49,054 bases of DNA from Thomasclavelia sp. (GTDB lineage Bacteria; Bacillota_I; Bacilli_A; Erysipelotrichales; Erysipelotrichaceae), in assembly GCA_020024765.1 (NCBI GenBank), contig JAHHTG010000001.1:1-49054 (forward strand), in the 5' to 3' direction. Position 1 is the stretch's first letter. Each line of letters starts with the position of its first letter. The position numbers were made by a program, and so were the translations under genes. Positions 36,635-46,153 of this stretch are shown here, piece after piece. Under the pieces are notes generated by a model that saw only the letters and a list, made by a program, of their open reading frames with translations, made no database searches and was not told the origin of the DNA.

Positions 36635-36638
36635 TTAT

Positions 36639-38780
36639 TTATTTCTCAATCTTTTTAATCGATGGGTGAGTACTTAGAATTTTCTTAATCCCAACCGGAT
36701 GCAGGAAGGCTACTTTAATAAATTGACCATCAACACCCACAACAACCCCTTTGCCATACATAGTATGTTCAACATGGTCATGCATCTTAATTTTAGATTT
36801 GACCGTGGTTGCTGTTGCACTCTTTCTTGGTGTAACACCTTTTTCTGATAAATCATCAAAGAAGACAGTTGCAGGACGTTTAGGGGCCGATAAATCTTCG
36901 ACGTATTTCTCATCAATTTCACAAATAAATCTAGACGTTGTCTTTGAATTTTGTGTAATGAAACTAAAGCCATTGTTGTCAGTTAAATATAGATGTCGTT
37001 TAGCACGTGTATAGGCAACATAAGCTAATCGGCGTTCCTCTTCAATACCTTTTAAACCTTCAGCCATAGTTCTTTCGCTTGGAAAAACACCTTCTGACAT
37101 ACCGATAACAAAGACAGTATCAAATTCTAGACCCTTAGCACTATGGATTGTCATCAATGTAACACCTTCATTCGGTTTATCGCTAGCACGATCGGTATAT
37201 AGTGAAATCATTTGTAAATATTCATCCAAATTGCTTTCTGGATATGTTTCTTGATAATTCTTAATATCGTCAAGCAATGACTTAATATTTTCTAAACGTT
37301 CTGTTTCGTTTTCTTTTTCTAAGGCTGCACGATAACCAGAATCAGTTAAAACGGCATTTAATAATTTTTCTAAATCATTATTTTCTAACATCAAACGCCA
37401 TTTTTCAATCATCGTTACAAAGTTGTCAAAAACATTGCGATTCTTAGTGTATAAGCCATTCTTTATGACTTCATACATCGAAATCTTATTAGCACGGGCA
37501 ATATCTAAAATACCATCAATGGTCTTTTGCCCAATACCACGCCGTGGTGTATTAATAATTCTTTGGAATGATAAATCATCACCCGTCACAAGTAATCTCA
37601 AATATGATAAGACATCTTTAATTTCAGCACGTTCATAGAATCTAATAGCCCCAAAAATCATATACGGAATTCTAGATTCCATCAACATTTTTTCAATTGA
37701 ACGTGATAAATAGTTCGAACGATATAAAATCGCAATATCACTAAAAGTTTTGCCATTGTTAACTAATTTCACAATTTCTTGAGCTACATAGAAAGCTTCA
37801 CTATCTTCACTCTCGAGTGTTTTGTGGATAATTTTATCGCCATCACCCGATGAAGTAAATAAGTTCTTATCAATACGCATACGGTTATTGCGAATTAGGC
37901 TGTTAGCACCATTTAAAATATTATTCGTAGAACGATAGTTCTCATCAAGGACGATTGTCTTAGCATTTTTAAATTGTTTCTCAAAATCCATAATAATTTG
38001 GACATCTGCACCACGCCATGTATAAATAGTTTGATCTGGATCACCCACAACATAAACATTGTCATGCACAGTAGCCAATTGGCGAATTAAACGATATTGA
38101 ATCTTATCAACGTCTTGGAATTCATCAACATGAATATAATGGAAACGATTTGACCATTTTTCTTTAATTGTCGGATATTTAGCAAATAAATCAACAGTCC
38201 AAAGAATTAAATCATCAAAGTCTAAGGCATAAAGTTGTTTTAGACGTTTAACATAATAATCATAGACTTTGGCTTTATCTTCTTCACGAGGATCACCGCT
38301 TGCAAGTTGTAATGCGTGTTCTGGTGTCATATATTCACTCTTATTATTTGAAATATAACCTAAAGCAGTACTATAACTAAGAATCTTTTTATCTAAGTTA
38401 TATTCCTTGTAAGCTTCTTTAAGGATGGCGTTTTGGTCATTTTGATCAACGATAGTAAAATTACGTGGATAGCCCAATGTCTCGATATCAGAACGCAAAA
38501 TGCGAACACATAATGAATGGATTGTTGAAATCATGACTTGGCCATTATCTTCACCAATCATGTCAGTAATTCTTTCTTTCATTTCACGAGCTGCTTTATT
38601 TGTAAAAGTAATCGCTAAAATATTCCAAGGAGCGACATTCTTTTGTTCGATTAAATAAGCAATACGCATTGTCAAAACACGAGTCTTTCCCGAACCCGCA
38701 CCAGCTACAATCCTAATATGGGATTCATCAGCTAAAACTGCTTCTTGTTGAGCTTTGTTTAAGTCACTAAATTTAACCAT
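36639..38780 (-). CDS. pcrA: ATP-dependent DNA helicase PcrA (UvrD family)
   Basis: 713 aa. LNKAQQEAV, AGAGSGKTRVLT, VDEFQDV, TIHSAKGLEF and VAYTRAK motifs, plus a C-terminal Tudor-like tail. SD GAGGAGG. Confidence 0.96.
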   Translation of the reverse strand: MVKFSDLNKAQQEAVLADESHIRIVAGAGSGKTRVLTMRIAYLIEQKNVAPWNILAITFTNKAAREMKERITDMIGEDNGQVMISTIHSLCVRILRSDIETLGYPRNFTIVDQNDQNAILKEAYKEYNLDKKILSYSTALGYISNNKSEYMTPEHALQLASGDPREEDKAKVYDYYVKRLKQLYALDFDDLILWTVDLFAKYPTIKEKWSNRFHYIHVDEFQDVDKIQYRLIRQLATVHDNVYVVGDPDQTIYTWRGADVQIIMDFEKQFKNAKTIVLDENYRSTNNILNGANSLIRNNRMRIDKNLFTSSGDGDKIIHKTLESEDSEAFYVAQEIVKLVNNGKTFSDIAILYRSNYLSRSIEKMLMESRIPYMIFGAIRFYERAEIKDVLSYLRLLVTGDDLSFQRIINTPRRGIGQKTIDGILDIARANKISMYEVIKNGLYTKNRNVFDNFVTMIEKWRLMLENNDLEKLLNAVLTDSGYRAALEKENETERLENIKSLLDDIKNYQETYPESNLDEYLQMISLYTDRASDKPNEGVTLMTIHSAKGLEFDTVFVIGMSEGVFPSERTMAEGLKGIEEERRLAYVAYTRAKRHLYLTDNNGFSFITQNSKTTSRFICEIDEKYVEDLSAPKRPATVFFDDLSEKGVTPRKSATATTVKSKIKMHDHVEHTMYGKGVVVGVDGQFIKVAFLHPVGIKKILSTHPSIKKIEK

Positions 38781-38888
38781 AAGTCCTCCTCTAAAAAGTA
38801 TGCCTATCCATTATATACACTATAAATTTTTATTGCCATAATAAATATCTCGATGTTTGGCATTGGTTAGCACGATACCCTTAAAACA

Positions 38889-38897
38889 TGCTATAAT
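38889..38897 (+). promoter_or_regulatory. Consensus extended -10 element TGcTATAAT, with 6 nt between it and the ATG
   Basis: TG (38889-38890), C, TATAAT (38892-38897), then TTGACT, then ATG at 38904. No SD. Confidence 0.6.
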
Positions 38898-38903
38898 TTG
38901 ACT

Positions 38904-39782
38904 ATGATAAAGAGTAAAGAATTTAATGAATATATCCTGCTTGACGCAGGTGATAAAGAAAAATTGGAAAGTTGGAATGGAGTCGTTTTAAGAAGACCTG
39001 ATCCAATGGCTATCTGGCCAAAAACAAGTCCAAAGATGTGGGACAAATGTGACGCCTTTTACCACCGCAGTAATAAAGGAGGCGGTAGTTGGGAATTCAA
39101 GCGTCCATTAAGGGAACATTGGACTTTAAACTTCCGCGATTTAACTTTTAAAGTTTCACCAACAAACTTTAAACATACTGGTTTATTCCCTGAACAAGCT
39201 GCTAACTGGGAATTCATCTATGATCAAGTTGCTGAAGCCTCTAAACATAAAGAAATTAAAATTTTAAATTTATTCGCTTATACTGGCGCAGCAACCATGG
39301 TTGCTTCTAAGGCTGGCGCAGCAGAAGTAGTTCATGTTGATGCTTCAAAAGGAATGGTTGAATGGGCTAAAGAAAACGCTCAATTATCATGTTTAAATAA
39401 AAATGTCATCCGTTACATTGTTGATGACTGCTTAAAATTTATGAAACGTGAAGTTCGTCGTGGACACAAGTATCATGGTATCATCATGGATCCACCTTCA
39501 TATGGTCGTGGACCTAATGGCGAATTATTCCGTTTTGAAGATCAAATTAATGAATTGTTAGCTGAAGCAGTTAAGCTACTTGATGATAATCCATTATTCT
39601 TAATCGTTAACTCATATACAACCGGCTATTCAAGCACTGTTCTAACTAATGTCATGAATGCCCATCTAACAGCATTTAAAGATAAAGGTTATGTTGAATC
39701 TGATGAACTTGGTATTAAGGTTGTAGATAAAGAATTATATTTGCCTTGTGGTTTAACAACACGTTGGGTACACAATGATTAA
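38904..39782 (+). CDS. Class I SAM-dependent (RNA) methyltransferase, RlmI/RlmK-like catalytic domain
   Basis: Motif I LNLFAYTGAATM, and IIMDPPSYGRG (DPP motif typical of RNA/DNA base methyltransferases). I prefer ATG 38904 over the TTG at 38898. Confidence 0.8.
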   Translation: MIKSKEFNEYILLDAGDKEKLESWNGVVLRRPDPMAIWPKTSPKMWDKCDAFYHRSNKGGGSWEFKRPLREHWTLNFRDLTFKVSPTNFKHTGLFPEQAANWEFIYDQVAEASKHKEIKILNLFAYTGAATMVASKAGAAEVVHVDASKGMVEWAKENAQLSCLNKNVIRYIVDDCLKFMKREVRRGHKYHGIIMDPPSYGRGPNGELFRFEDQINELLAEAVKLLDDNPLFLIVNSYTTGYSSTVLTNVMNAHLTAFKDKGYVESDELGIKVVDKELYLPCGLTTRWVHND

Positions 39783-40422
39783 TGTTATATACGAAGACAA
39801 TCATTTATTAGTGGTTGAAAAACCCGTGAACATTCCAATGCAAGCCGATTCTTCAAAAGACTTAGATCTTTTAAGTATGGTTAAACAGTATTTAGTAAAA
39901 AAATACAATAAACCAGGTGATGCCTATGTTGGACTTGTTCATAGATTGGATCGTCCAGTTGGTGGTGTTTGTGTTTTCGCAAAAACTTCCAAAGCTGCAA
40001 ATCGTTTATCTCAGATGATTGCCAAACACGATTTTGAAAAAGCTTATTATGCTGTCGTAACAGATAATGGCTTAGAAGAAAGTGGAACTTTTGAAGATTA
40101 TCTTTTAAAGGACCACAATACCAATACTGTTAAAGTTAACCCTAAAGGAAAATATGCCAAACTTGATTATCAAGTTATCAAAAGAGCGAACAATCTCGCT
40201 TTAGTCGATGTCAATTTGCACACTGGTCGTTCTCATCAAATCAGAGTACAATTTTCATCACGTAATCATGCCTTATACGGCGACCAACGTTATAACAAAC
40301 AAGCTAAAGTTGGCCAACAAATCGCTTTGTGGTCATACCGTTTAGCTTTTATACATCCTGTTACTAAAGAGAAAATGGAATTCGTGTTAAAACCTCACGA
40401 TCGTTATCCATTTAATATTTAA
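39775..40422 (+). CDS. RluA family pseudouridine synthase (no S4 domain)
   Basis: VHRLDRPVGGV (catalytic Asp) and HTGRSHQIRVQ. The start overlaps the upstream stop by 8 nt (ATGATTAA). Confidence 0.9.
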   Translation: MINVIYEDNHLLVVEKPVNIPMQADSSKDLDLLSMVKQYLVKKYNKPGDAYVGLVHRLDRPVGGVCVFAKTSKAANRLSQMIAKHDFEKAYYAVVTDNGLEESGTFEDYLLKDHNTNTVKVNPKGKYAKLDYQVIKRANNLALVDVNLHTGRSHQIRVQFSSRNHALYGDQRYNKQAKVGQQIALWSYRLAFIHPVTKEKMEFVLKPHDRYPFNI

Positions 40423-40438
40423 ATAAAGGAGTTCCATC

Positions 40439-41554
40439 ATGTCAAAGAAACAAGTTAAACAAAAACGTGTCATCAATCGTTGGGCAGTTGTCTTAATTTC
40501 AGCCGTCCTTCTTGTCGTAATTTCTGTCTTCAAGATTCCAAGTTTCAAAAAACATCAAGCTTTAGTTAAACTTGGTTACACTGAAGAAGCTATTACCGCA
40601 ATTAAGGATCAAAGATTAACAACAACTATCATTGATAACGAGTATTATTCTGATTATCTAAATCAGGAAATTGTGAAGAAGAACTTTAAAAAAGATTACT
40701 TAATGTTATACCTATATCGTACAACTCTAACTGAAGATGATTTCTTACTTTATGATAAATTAATTGCTAAGGGTTATACAAAAGACGAGGTTAATAACCT
40801 TTTCAAAGAATTGAAGTTCTATGAATTAACTCCATTGCTAGTCTTTGATAAGATGGTTGATTTATCGATGTATATCGAAGATTGTCATCAAAACAATGAC
40901 AATAATAGTTTAGCCGCTTTCAAATTAAGCCATAACTATTTGTATCCATATCAAAACGTTAAGCCTGCCAAAAATATTGGTCAAGCCAATGTCTTAGTAA
41001 CACTTAAGAATGAACTCGGCGATTATAAACCTAAAAAATTAGTCCCATTATCGTATCAATACGCCGGTGAAGGCGTCCAAATTGATAACTTAGCTTACGA
41101 TGCTTTTATCGAATTATGGAAAGATATGATGGACAAAGATTTGCCTATCTATGCCTTAAGTGGTTATCGTAGTTATGACCAACAAGCCGAAATCTATAAC
41201 TCATATCAAAACCCAAAAGAAGCTGATGCCCAAAGTATTCGTCCAGGATTTGGTGAATCCCAAACCGGTTTAGATTTAACAGTTGTTGATTCACGAAATG
41301 AAAAATTAAGCAATTTTGGTAATACCGAAGAATATAAATATTTGGCTGAAAATGCACATAAATTCGGATTCATTATTAGATATCCTGAAAACAAAGCAAC
41401 AATTACAGGCTATGATTTTATTCCTTACCAAATTAGATTTGTTGGTAAAGATTTAGCGCCAAAGATTAAAGAAAGTGGGTTAACTTACGAAGAATATTTC
41501 TACTTATACCTCGATGATGCCAAACCTATTTCAACTCCGGAAACTACCGAATAA
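40439..41554 (+). CDS. VanY/M15B-like D,D-carboxypeptidase-fold protein with N-terminal TM anchor; active-site positions substituted
   Basis: SGYRSYDQQ, RPGFGESQTGLDLT, FGFIIRYP and ITGYDFIPYQIRFVG follow the VanY scaffold (SGYRS..Q, PGxSEHQTGLAxD, GFIxRYP, EPWHxRYVG), but with His to Ser, Asp to Thr, Glu to Ile and His to Gln. Confidence 0.8.
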   Translation: MSKKQVKQKRVINRWAVVLISAVLLVVISVFKIPSFKKHQALVKLGYTEEAITAIKDQRLTTTIIDNEYYSDYLNQEIVKKNFKKDYLMLYLYRTTLTEDDFLLYDKLIAKGYTKDEVNNLFKELKFYELTPLLVFDKMVDLSMYIEDCHQNNDNNSLAAFKLSHNYLYPYQNVKPAKNIGQANVLVTLKNELGDYKPKKLVPLSYQYAGEGVQIDNLAYDAFIELWKDMMDKDLPIYALSGYRSYDQQAEIYNSYQNPKEADAQSIRPGFGESQTGLDLTVVDSRNEKLSNFGNTEEYKYLAENAHKFGFIIRYPENKATITGYDFIPYQIRFVGKDLAPKIKESGLTYEEYFYLYLDDAKPISTPETTE

Positions 41555-41558
41555 TTAT

Positions 41559-41588
41559 AAAACCTGCCAAGTGCAGGTTTTATTTTTT
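41559..41588. terminator. Bidirectional terminator between convergent genes
   Basis: AAAACCTGC-CAAGT-GCAGGTTTT followed by ATTTTTT. Overlaps the rlmA stop. Confidence 0.85.
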
Positions 41589-42365
41589 CTTATAAATATC
41601 AATATTAAATTGCAGACGAGTAGATAACGTTTCTAGTTCTGCTAAGCGCAAGGAACGCTCTTTAGGTGTGTGATAATAATAAGGTGTCATCTTAAACAAA
41701 GCATCAATCTTATCTTGACCAATAACTTCTATGCAGTCTTCAACTTCTAAATGTCGAACAAGTTCAAAGGCTTTATCATTAACTTCTTCGATTTTATTAA
41801 GGTATGGCTCCTCATAAAGAACTTCTTTTAAATCGAATAAATGATAAGGCCCTGGACCTACCTTGATAAAATAACCATCACTCTTTAAAACACGAGCCAT
41901 TTCTTTGAAAGAATACGGGGCAAAAATACTTAGAACACCATCAACACAGTCATCCTTAACAGGCATATTAAAAACGCTAGCCACATAATAGTGCACATCA
42001 TGATTACCTTTAGCCGCTTTAGCTAGAGCTAATTTTGACATATCAAAGCCATAAACTTCAACATTTGTCTTTTCTTTAATAGCATTAGTATAATAGCCTT
42101 CACCACAACCAGCGTCAATTAACGTCTTAATGCCCAATTCTTGAATTAAAGCAATGATGCATTCTTTTAAAGCATGATAATAATCTTCGCTAAAGAATAA
42201 CTTACGAGCATCAACCATAACCTTATTATCGCCTGTACTCTTTTGCGTATGAATCAAAAGATTGGTATAACCTTGCTTAGCGATATCAAACATATGACCA
42301 TGGTCACATTTATAACTCTTGCCAACTTGTTTTAAAGTCGCACCGCAGTTGGGGCATCTTAACAT
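41580..42365 (-). CDS. rlmA: 23S rRNA (guanine-N1)-methyltransferase RlmA family
   Basis: N-terminal zinc ribbon LRCPNCG...YKCDHGHMFDIAKQGYTNLL, then SAM motif LIDAGCGEGYY. This is the typical RrmA/RlmA layout. Confidence 0.85.
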   Translation of the reverse strand: MLRCPNCGATLKQVGKSYKCDHGHMFDIAKQGYTNLLIHTQKSTGDNKVMVDARKLFFSEDYYHALKECIIALIQELGIKTLIDAGCGEGYYTNAIKEKTNVEVYGFDMSKLALAKAAKGNHDVHYYVASVFNMPVKDDCVDGVLSIFAPYSFKEMARVLKSDGYFIKVGPGPYHLFDLKEVLYEEPYLNKIEEVNDKAFELVRHLEVEDCIEVIGQDKIDALFKMTPYYYHTPKERSLRLAELETLSTRLQFNIDIYKKK

Positions 42366-43222
42366 GTTTGATCCTTTTGGAACATAGCTAGGATTTCATC
42401 TTTGCGTTTTTCCATATCATCACGTCCAAGTTGATATAACTTACGTAAATTTTCCTTATCACCGCTTGTACGACTAACAGGGATAGTCATACTTGGATAA
42501 ATATATAGAGCTTTATGTTCATGCTCAAGTTTTTTAATGATAGCAATTTGATCGTTGTAGTTAATATGACGGATATTATAGTCTTTACTAACTTGCGGCC
42601 ACTTACGATAACACATCTTAATCAAAGCTTTGATTGGTGCTTTAGCTGGTTTACGAACATAATCACCAGGTTTAGTTGTAATAATTAAATGTAAATCATT
42701 TCCGTCTTTAATTGATTCTTCGATAGGAATCATCTTAGTGATACCCCCATCTAGATAGTGATGACCACCATATTCAACGACTCTCCCTAAAATTGGAAGT
42801 GATGTCGCCGCTTTCAACATGATGTTGCCACGATCCATATCAGTTAATTTATGAAAGATCGTCTCGCCTTGTTCAAGGTCGTAAATACCAATCTTGGCAA
42901 CTGTATCCGAAGCATAAGCCTTTGAGATATCATAATGTTTCTCAATCGGTAAGATGTGATTGAATAGATATTCATAACCCACAAATCGTCCTTCTCTTAA
43001 CAATGAACGAATTCCAACCAATTCTTTATCTGCAATTTTATTTGTTGATAAATCATATAAGTAATCTTCGTTTTCACTTAAAAACGAACATAAATGAACT
43101 GCACCAGTACTAATACCATAAGCCGCATCAAAACTGATGTGGTGTTCTAAAAGCCATGATAAACAGCCAGCCGTGTATGCTCCACGCATTCCACCGCCTT
43201 CTAATACTAACGATGTCTTCAC
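42359..43222 (-). CDS. Patatin-like phospholipase
   Basis: I prefer GTG 43222, which has AGGAGG 6 nt upstream. VKTSLVLEGGGMRGAYTAG (oxyanion hole), GISTGA (GxSxG) and DGG (catalytic Asp). Confidence 0.88.
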   Translation of the reverse strand: MKTSLVLEGGGMRGAYTAGCLSWLLEHHISFDAAYGISTGAVHLCSFLSENEDYLYDLSTNKIADKELVGIRSLLREGRFVGYEYLFNHILPIEKHYDISKAYASDTVAKIGIYDLEQGETIFHKLTDMDRGNIMLKAATSLPILGRVVEYGGHHYLDGGITKMIPIEESIKDGNDLHLIITTKPGDYVRKPAKAPIKALIKMCYRKWPQVSKDYNIRHINYNDQIAIIKKLEHEHKALYIYPSMTIPVSRTSGDKENLRKLYQLGRDDMEKRKDEILAMFQKDQTC

Positions 43223-43235
43223 TTTAATCCTCCTG

Positions 43236-43490
43236 CTATTTATGTTTAAATGCATAATATTCTTCATCTTTTAACGGATCAACAAACGCTGAATTGTCTT
43301 CGTATAAGAAGAATGTTTCTTCGGCATAAAGATTAACAAAATCTTCAAGGCTCATTACAATCCGATTACGATTAAAGTAACTCATGATTTTCTTCTTACT
43401 CAAGACAAAATAATTGCCATTGGCGAGCGTGACAATGGCACCTTGTTTTAATAAATCTAATGTTTCGCTAAAAGTCTCTATTTTTTCCAT
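43236..43490 (-). CDS. Hypothetical 84-aa protein
   Basis: Complete ORF packed tightly between cls and the patatin gene. Acidic, no TM, no recognisable family. Confidence 0.5.
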   Translation of the reverse strand: MEKIETFSETLDLLKQGAIVTLANGNYFVLSKKKIMSYFNRNRIVMSLEDFVNLYAEETFFLYEDNSAFVDPLKDEEYYAFKHK

Positions 43491-43501
43491 ACCGCTTTAT
43501 T

Positions 43502-45043
43502 TTACAACAATGGCGCGAAAACATTCAATATAGCGCGAAGAACCCTCACAATAAAGTTTGTAGACTTAACTTTTTCCACTGTGATTTCTTCAGATTTCTT
43601 AAGTGTATCAAGATAATCTTCTTTCATCTTTAAGATCTCTTTATCATTGGCGATAATTGCACCGCATTCATAATTCAAATAATAAGAACGGAAATCCATA
43701 TTGAAAGTTCCAACAATCGCAATCTTATCATCAGAAACAACAAGTTTTGAATGAATAAAACCCGGGGTATATTCATAGATTTTAACGCCAGCTTCAATTA
43801 AAGCTTGATAGTTAGATTGTGTAACCGCAAAAACTGTTACTTTGTCTGGAATATGTGGTACCGTAATAATCACTTCAACCCCAGACTTAGCAGCTGTTCT
43901 TAGTGCATTTGTCAAATCATAATCAATAATTAAATATGGTGTATGAATATACACATATTTTTTGGCGTGCGTAATGATGTTAAAGTGTGTTGCTCGGCAA
44001 AGATCTTCGTCATCTGTTGGGCTATCCGAAAACGGTAAAACAATACTATTGTTTTTAATAATTTCATGCGTATCTTTGAAGTCGAGATATCGCAATGTAT
44101 CTTTTTCTTCAACACTCGCATTATAAAATTGAATAAACATGACAGTAAAATTCCAAACCGCTTCCCCTTTAAACATTGCACCGGTATCTTTCCAATGGCC
44201 AAATCGAGAAATTTTGTTGATATACTCGTCGGCGATATTGAAACCACCAGTAAAGGCATAAAGATTATCAATGACAACAATCTTACGATGACTACGATTA
44301 TTAGCGCGTGATAGTAATGATAGTTTTAAAGTAATTGGTGAGAAAGTTACAACCTTAATCCCAATCTGTGTTAAATTCTCTTTAAAATTATTTGGCAAAC
44401 AAGTAATACATCCACCGTCGTCATATAACAAATAAACCTCAACGCCTTGTTCAATGCGTTCTTTTAAGGCTTCAAGCAAAGTATCCAACATATAACCATC
44501 TTTAATAATAAAGAATTCAATAAATATAAAATGCTTTGCCTCTTGAATCTTGGCAATTAAATCTTTGAAGTACTCTTCACCAATTGGGTAATATTTTACA
44601 CTTGTATTTTGACAATAAGGATAATAACCATTGCGATTAGTATAGTCAAGAATTTGAGCGATATCTTGATCTTCAATCTCGATATTAGGCGACTCTTCAA
44701 ATAGCTCTTTTGACTCATTTAAATGACGAATGATTTTGCCACGAAGGCTCTTAGGAACTTTACGTTCCGCGAATAATAGATATGTTACACCACCTACAAA
44801 TGGCAAACCTAATATAATGATAATCCAAGCTAATTTATAAGCAGGATTAGAATAACGATTAACAACTTTAATAGTTAACGTCAAGTTAATAATATATAGA
44901 ATTAAACGAATACCATCATTGAAGATTCCATATTTAAGAATGAAAGTCATGATAATCATGAATTGTGATGCAATGATGAAAAAGACCACGAAAATGCGGC
45001 TTGTTAAAAATTTTAAGATGTTACGTAACATTTTAACTAACAT
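43502..45043 (-). CDS. cls: Cardiolipin synthase
   Basis: 513 aa. Two N-terminal TM helices and two HKD motifs (HRKIVVIDN, HSKLVVSDD). Confidence 0.93.
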   Translation of the reverse strand: MLVKMLRNILKFLTSRIFVVFFIIASQFMIIMTFILKYGIFNDGIRLILYIINLTLTIKVVNRYSNPAYKLAWIIIILGLPFVGGVTYLLFAERKVPKSLRGKIIRHLNESKELFEESPNIEIEDQDIAQILDYTNRNGYYPYCQNTSVKYYPIGEEYFKDLIAKIQEAKHFIFIEFFIIKDGYMLDTLLEALKERIEQGVEVYLLYDDGGCITCLPNNFKENLTQIGIKVVTFSPITLKLSLLSRANNRSHRKIVVIDNLYAFTGGFNIADEYINKISRFGHWKDTGAMFKGEAVWNFTVMFIQFYNASVEEKDTLRYLDFKDTHEIIKNNSIVLPFSDSPTDDEDLCRATHFNIITHAKKYVYIHTPYLIIDYDLTNALRTAAKSGVEVIITVPHIPDKVTVFAVTQSNYQALIEAGVKIYEYTPGFIHSKLVVSDDKIAIVGTFNMDFRSYYLNYECGAIIANDKEILKMKEDYLDTLKKSEEITVEKVKSTNFIVRVLRAILNVFAPLL

Positions 45044-45054
45044 ATCAACCTCAA

Positions 45055-45519
45055 CTACAGTTTAATACGATAAACCAATTTTTCTTTTTCGCCCAAACGA
45101 TATAATTCATGATCTTTCGGAACACCAACATGTTCAATAAAGATGCCGCCAACACGTTCGATAGTCTTAATCGATGCGTAATTATCAGGGTTGCATGTCA
45201 CAATCAATTCAGACATGTCATATTTTTCTTTCGCTAGTAACTTAATAATTGTACAAGCTTCAGAAGCATAATGATTGCCTCGATATTTTTCAAGAATGTG
45301 ATAACCCAAATGACCATAATAATACATGAAATCATTCATTGTTAAACGCAAGTCAATTTCACCAATTTTATGATAGTTTTCTTTTAAATGAATGGTGTAG
45401 ACAATGACTTCAACCTTATCATAGGTATCTTCAGACTTTAAATGATATTTTTCTTTTAAAAAGATTCTTGGCCCTTGATAAAGTGTTGATGGATAAAAAT
45501 GATGCAAATTTTTCCACAT
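45055..45519 (-). CDS. GNAT family N-acetyltransferase
   Basis: 154 aa. LGYHILEKYRGNHYASEA (acetyl-CoA motif A-like). Confidence 0.75.
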   Translation of the reverse strand: MWKNLHHFYPSTLYQGPRIFLKEKYHLKSEDTYDKVEVIVYTIHLKENYHKIGEIDLRLTMNDFMYYYGHLGYHILEKYRGNHYASEACTIIKLLAKEKYDMSELIVTCNPDNYASIKTIERVGGIFIEHVGVPKDHELYRLGEKEKLVYRIKL

Positions 45520-45558
45520 ATAATAAAACCCAATATATTTAGATTCATTATTATACTA

Positions 45559-45588
45559 GAAAAGAAAAGCCGACTTAAATTAGTCGAC
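45559..45588 (-). terminator. Rho-independent terminator after the thioredoxin-fold lipoprotein gene
   Basis: On the minus strand: GTCGACT-AATTTA-AGTCGGC (one mismatch) followed by TTTTCTTTTC. Overlaps the last codons of the gene. Confidence 0.6.
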
Positions 45589-46140
45589 CTTAAAATACTC
45601 CATCATTTCGATGTAACGAGCTTTAACCTTTTCACGGTCAGCTTCATTTTCGTTTGGTTCTAAACCATCGATACCAATTTGGCTATCAATGAATTCACCA
45701 TTCACAATTGTCATAACATGCGGAGTTAAAACAACTGGTTCACCATCACGAACTTCAAGAATTGGACGAGTAGCATCGATAAATTCCTCAATGTGATCCA
45801 TCAACGGATTAAGTTCATCATAGCAATCAATATAAAAAATCTTAACACCAAGTTCGGCTGCTGCTTCGTTTAAGACAGAAACAGCTTCATTACATACTGG
45901 ACAAGTATCATAACCGACATAGACAATACCACTTCCACCACTCTTTAAAAATTCTAAGAATGTAACTGGAGTAATACCTAAAAATTGATGATTAGTGCTA
46001 TTCATATTCTTATAGCCACTCATATCAACATTATGTGTTTCAATTGTGCTAATTGTTACCGGTTCTGTTGGTTTTTTTCCACCATCACCACAACCAGCTA
46101 AAACCAAAATCATCGCTAAGACAATGAATAATTTCTTCAT
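45580..46140 (-). CDS. Thioredoxin-fold lipoprotein (CPVC motif)
   Basis: MKKLFIVLAMILVLAGCG carries a lipobox. YVGYDTCPVCNEA is a CxxC redox motif. Confidence 0.7.
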   Translation of the reverse strand: MKKLFIVLAMILVLAGCGDGGKKPTEPVTISTIETHNVDMSGYKNMNSTNHQFLGITPVTFLEFLKSGGSGIVYVGYDTCPVCNEAVSVLNEAAAELGVKIFYIDCYDELNPLMDHIEEFIDATRPILEVRDGEPVVLTPHVMTIVNGEFIDSQIGIDGLEPNENEADREKVKARYIEMMEYFKVD

Positions 46141-46153
46141 AAAAACCTCTCCT

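Noticed and set aside
36168-36638. tRNA, tmRNA, RNase P, SRP or 6S RNA, or a type I toxin-antitoxin, in the long intergenic region
   Set aside because: The region is very AT-rich, with no GC-rich acceptor or T-arm-like stems and no conserved boxes of these RNAs. All short ORFs (6-14 codons) encode hydrophilic peptides, not hydrophobic toxin-like ones.
42359-45043. Patatin plus a two-HKD (PLD) protein as a phage-defence (CBASS-like effector) locus
   Set aside because: The PLD protein has the TM helices and the spacing of a typical cardiolipin synthase. There is no cyclase, sensor, nuclease or mobile-element context, and the neighbours are housekeeping genes.
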